Shown piece by piece: positions 57,094 through 57,421 of a stretch of 57,421 bases of DNA. Each line of letters opens with the position of its first letter. Within the stretch, counting starts at the first letter, position 1. The position numbers were made by a program, and so were the translations under genes. The notes beneath the pieces were generated by a model. That model saw only the letters and a list, made by a program, of their open reading frames with translations. It was not told the DNA's origin and made no database searches. This DNA is from a virus (Duplodnaviria; Caudoviricetes), in IMG/VR virus record IMGVR_UViG_3300031566_000036, positions 1 through 57,421 of that record. One strand, 5' to 3'.

Positions 57094-57421
57094 AAGCTTT
57101 GGCTCTGCCCGCGTCCGTCACCAATCTGAACTCTTATAGTAGGCTCAACACTATTCAGCGGCAAACGAACTCGCTCGTCTATTGCACGGGCGATTGCTTC
57201 GGCGAGGTCTAAATGCTCCGCTCCACAAACGTCGTTAATCGCGAGAATGATTTGCATCACTATTAAATTAACAACTTTTAAACTTACTTTGTCACCAGCC
57301 TCTTTTTCTAATCTCGATGCTGCAAGGACTAAGTCCTTTACCTCACCCATCGCCGTGCCTAAAGTTTGAATCATTAACGACTTTAAGTCAGGCGTTAACT
57401 TGGCTGCTTGCTTTTCGTCAA
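57090..57421 (-). CDS. C-terminal part of a probable terminase small subunit (5' end outside the window)
   Basis: Helical ORF overlapping the terL start; frame open to the window edge. Assigned by position. Confidence 0.5.
   Translation of the reverse strand, partial: DEKQAAKLTPDLKSLMIQTLGTAMGEVKDLVLAASRLEKEAGDKVSLKVVNLIVMQIILAINDVCGAEHLDLAEAIARAIDERVRLPLNSVEPTIRVQIGDGRGQSQSL

Noticed and set aside
1-57421. tRNA genes, integrase/repressor, group I introns, alternative genetic code
   Set aside because: None recognised. Long genes are intact in the standard code and all three stop codons are used.

Overview
This window is about 57 kb of a tailed dsDNA (siphovirus-like) bacteriophage genome, with essentially all genes on the minus strand. 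In transcription order it runs: terminase, portal, MuF/gp7, protease, capsid, head-tail joining, tail (57.4-26.4 kb); a roughly 14-gene sugar-modification cluster (26.1-16.8 kb); a replication and nucleotide-modification module with SNF2 helicase, primase-MCM fusion, MazG-like protein, C5-methylase, dCMP-hydroxymethylase-like enzyme, dCMP deaminase and family A polymerase (16.6-3.0 kb); and an early region of small genes (2.4 kb to the window edge). The main discovery is RNA-level. Six type II hammerhead ribozymes, with invariant core and covarying stems, punctuate the early operon, almost one per gene, each 59-68 nt upstream of a start codon. Two of them are flanked by anti-Shine-Dalgarno strands. 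Separately, the hairpin ending the late/glycosylation region carries a 33-nt loop antisense to the ribosome-binding sites of the genes directly after the major capsid and major tail genes. All protein calls are by motif recognition and synteny only; no database searches were run.
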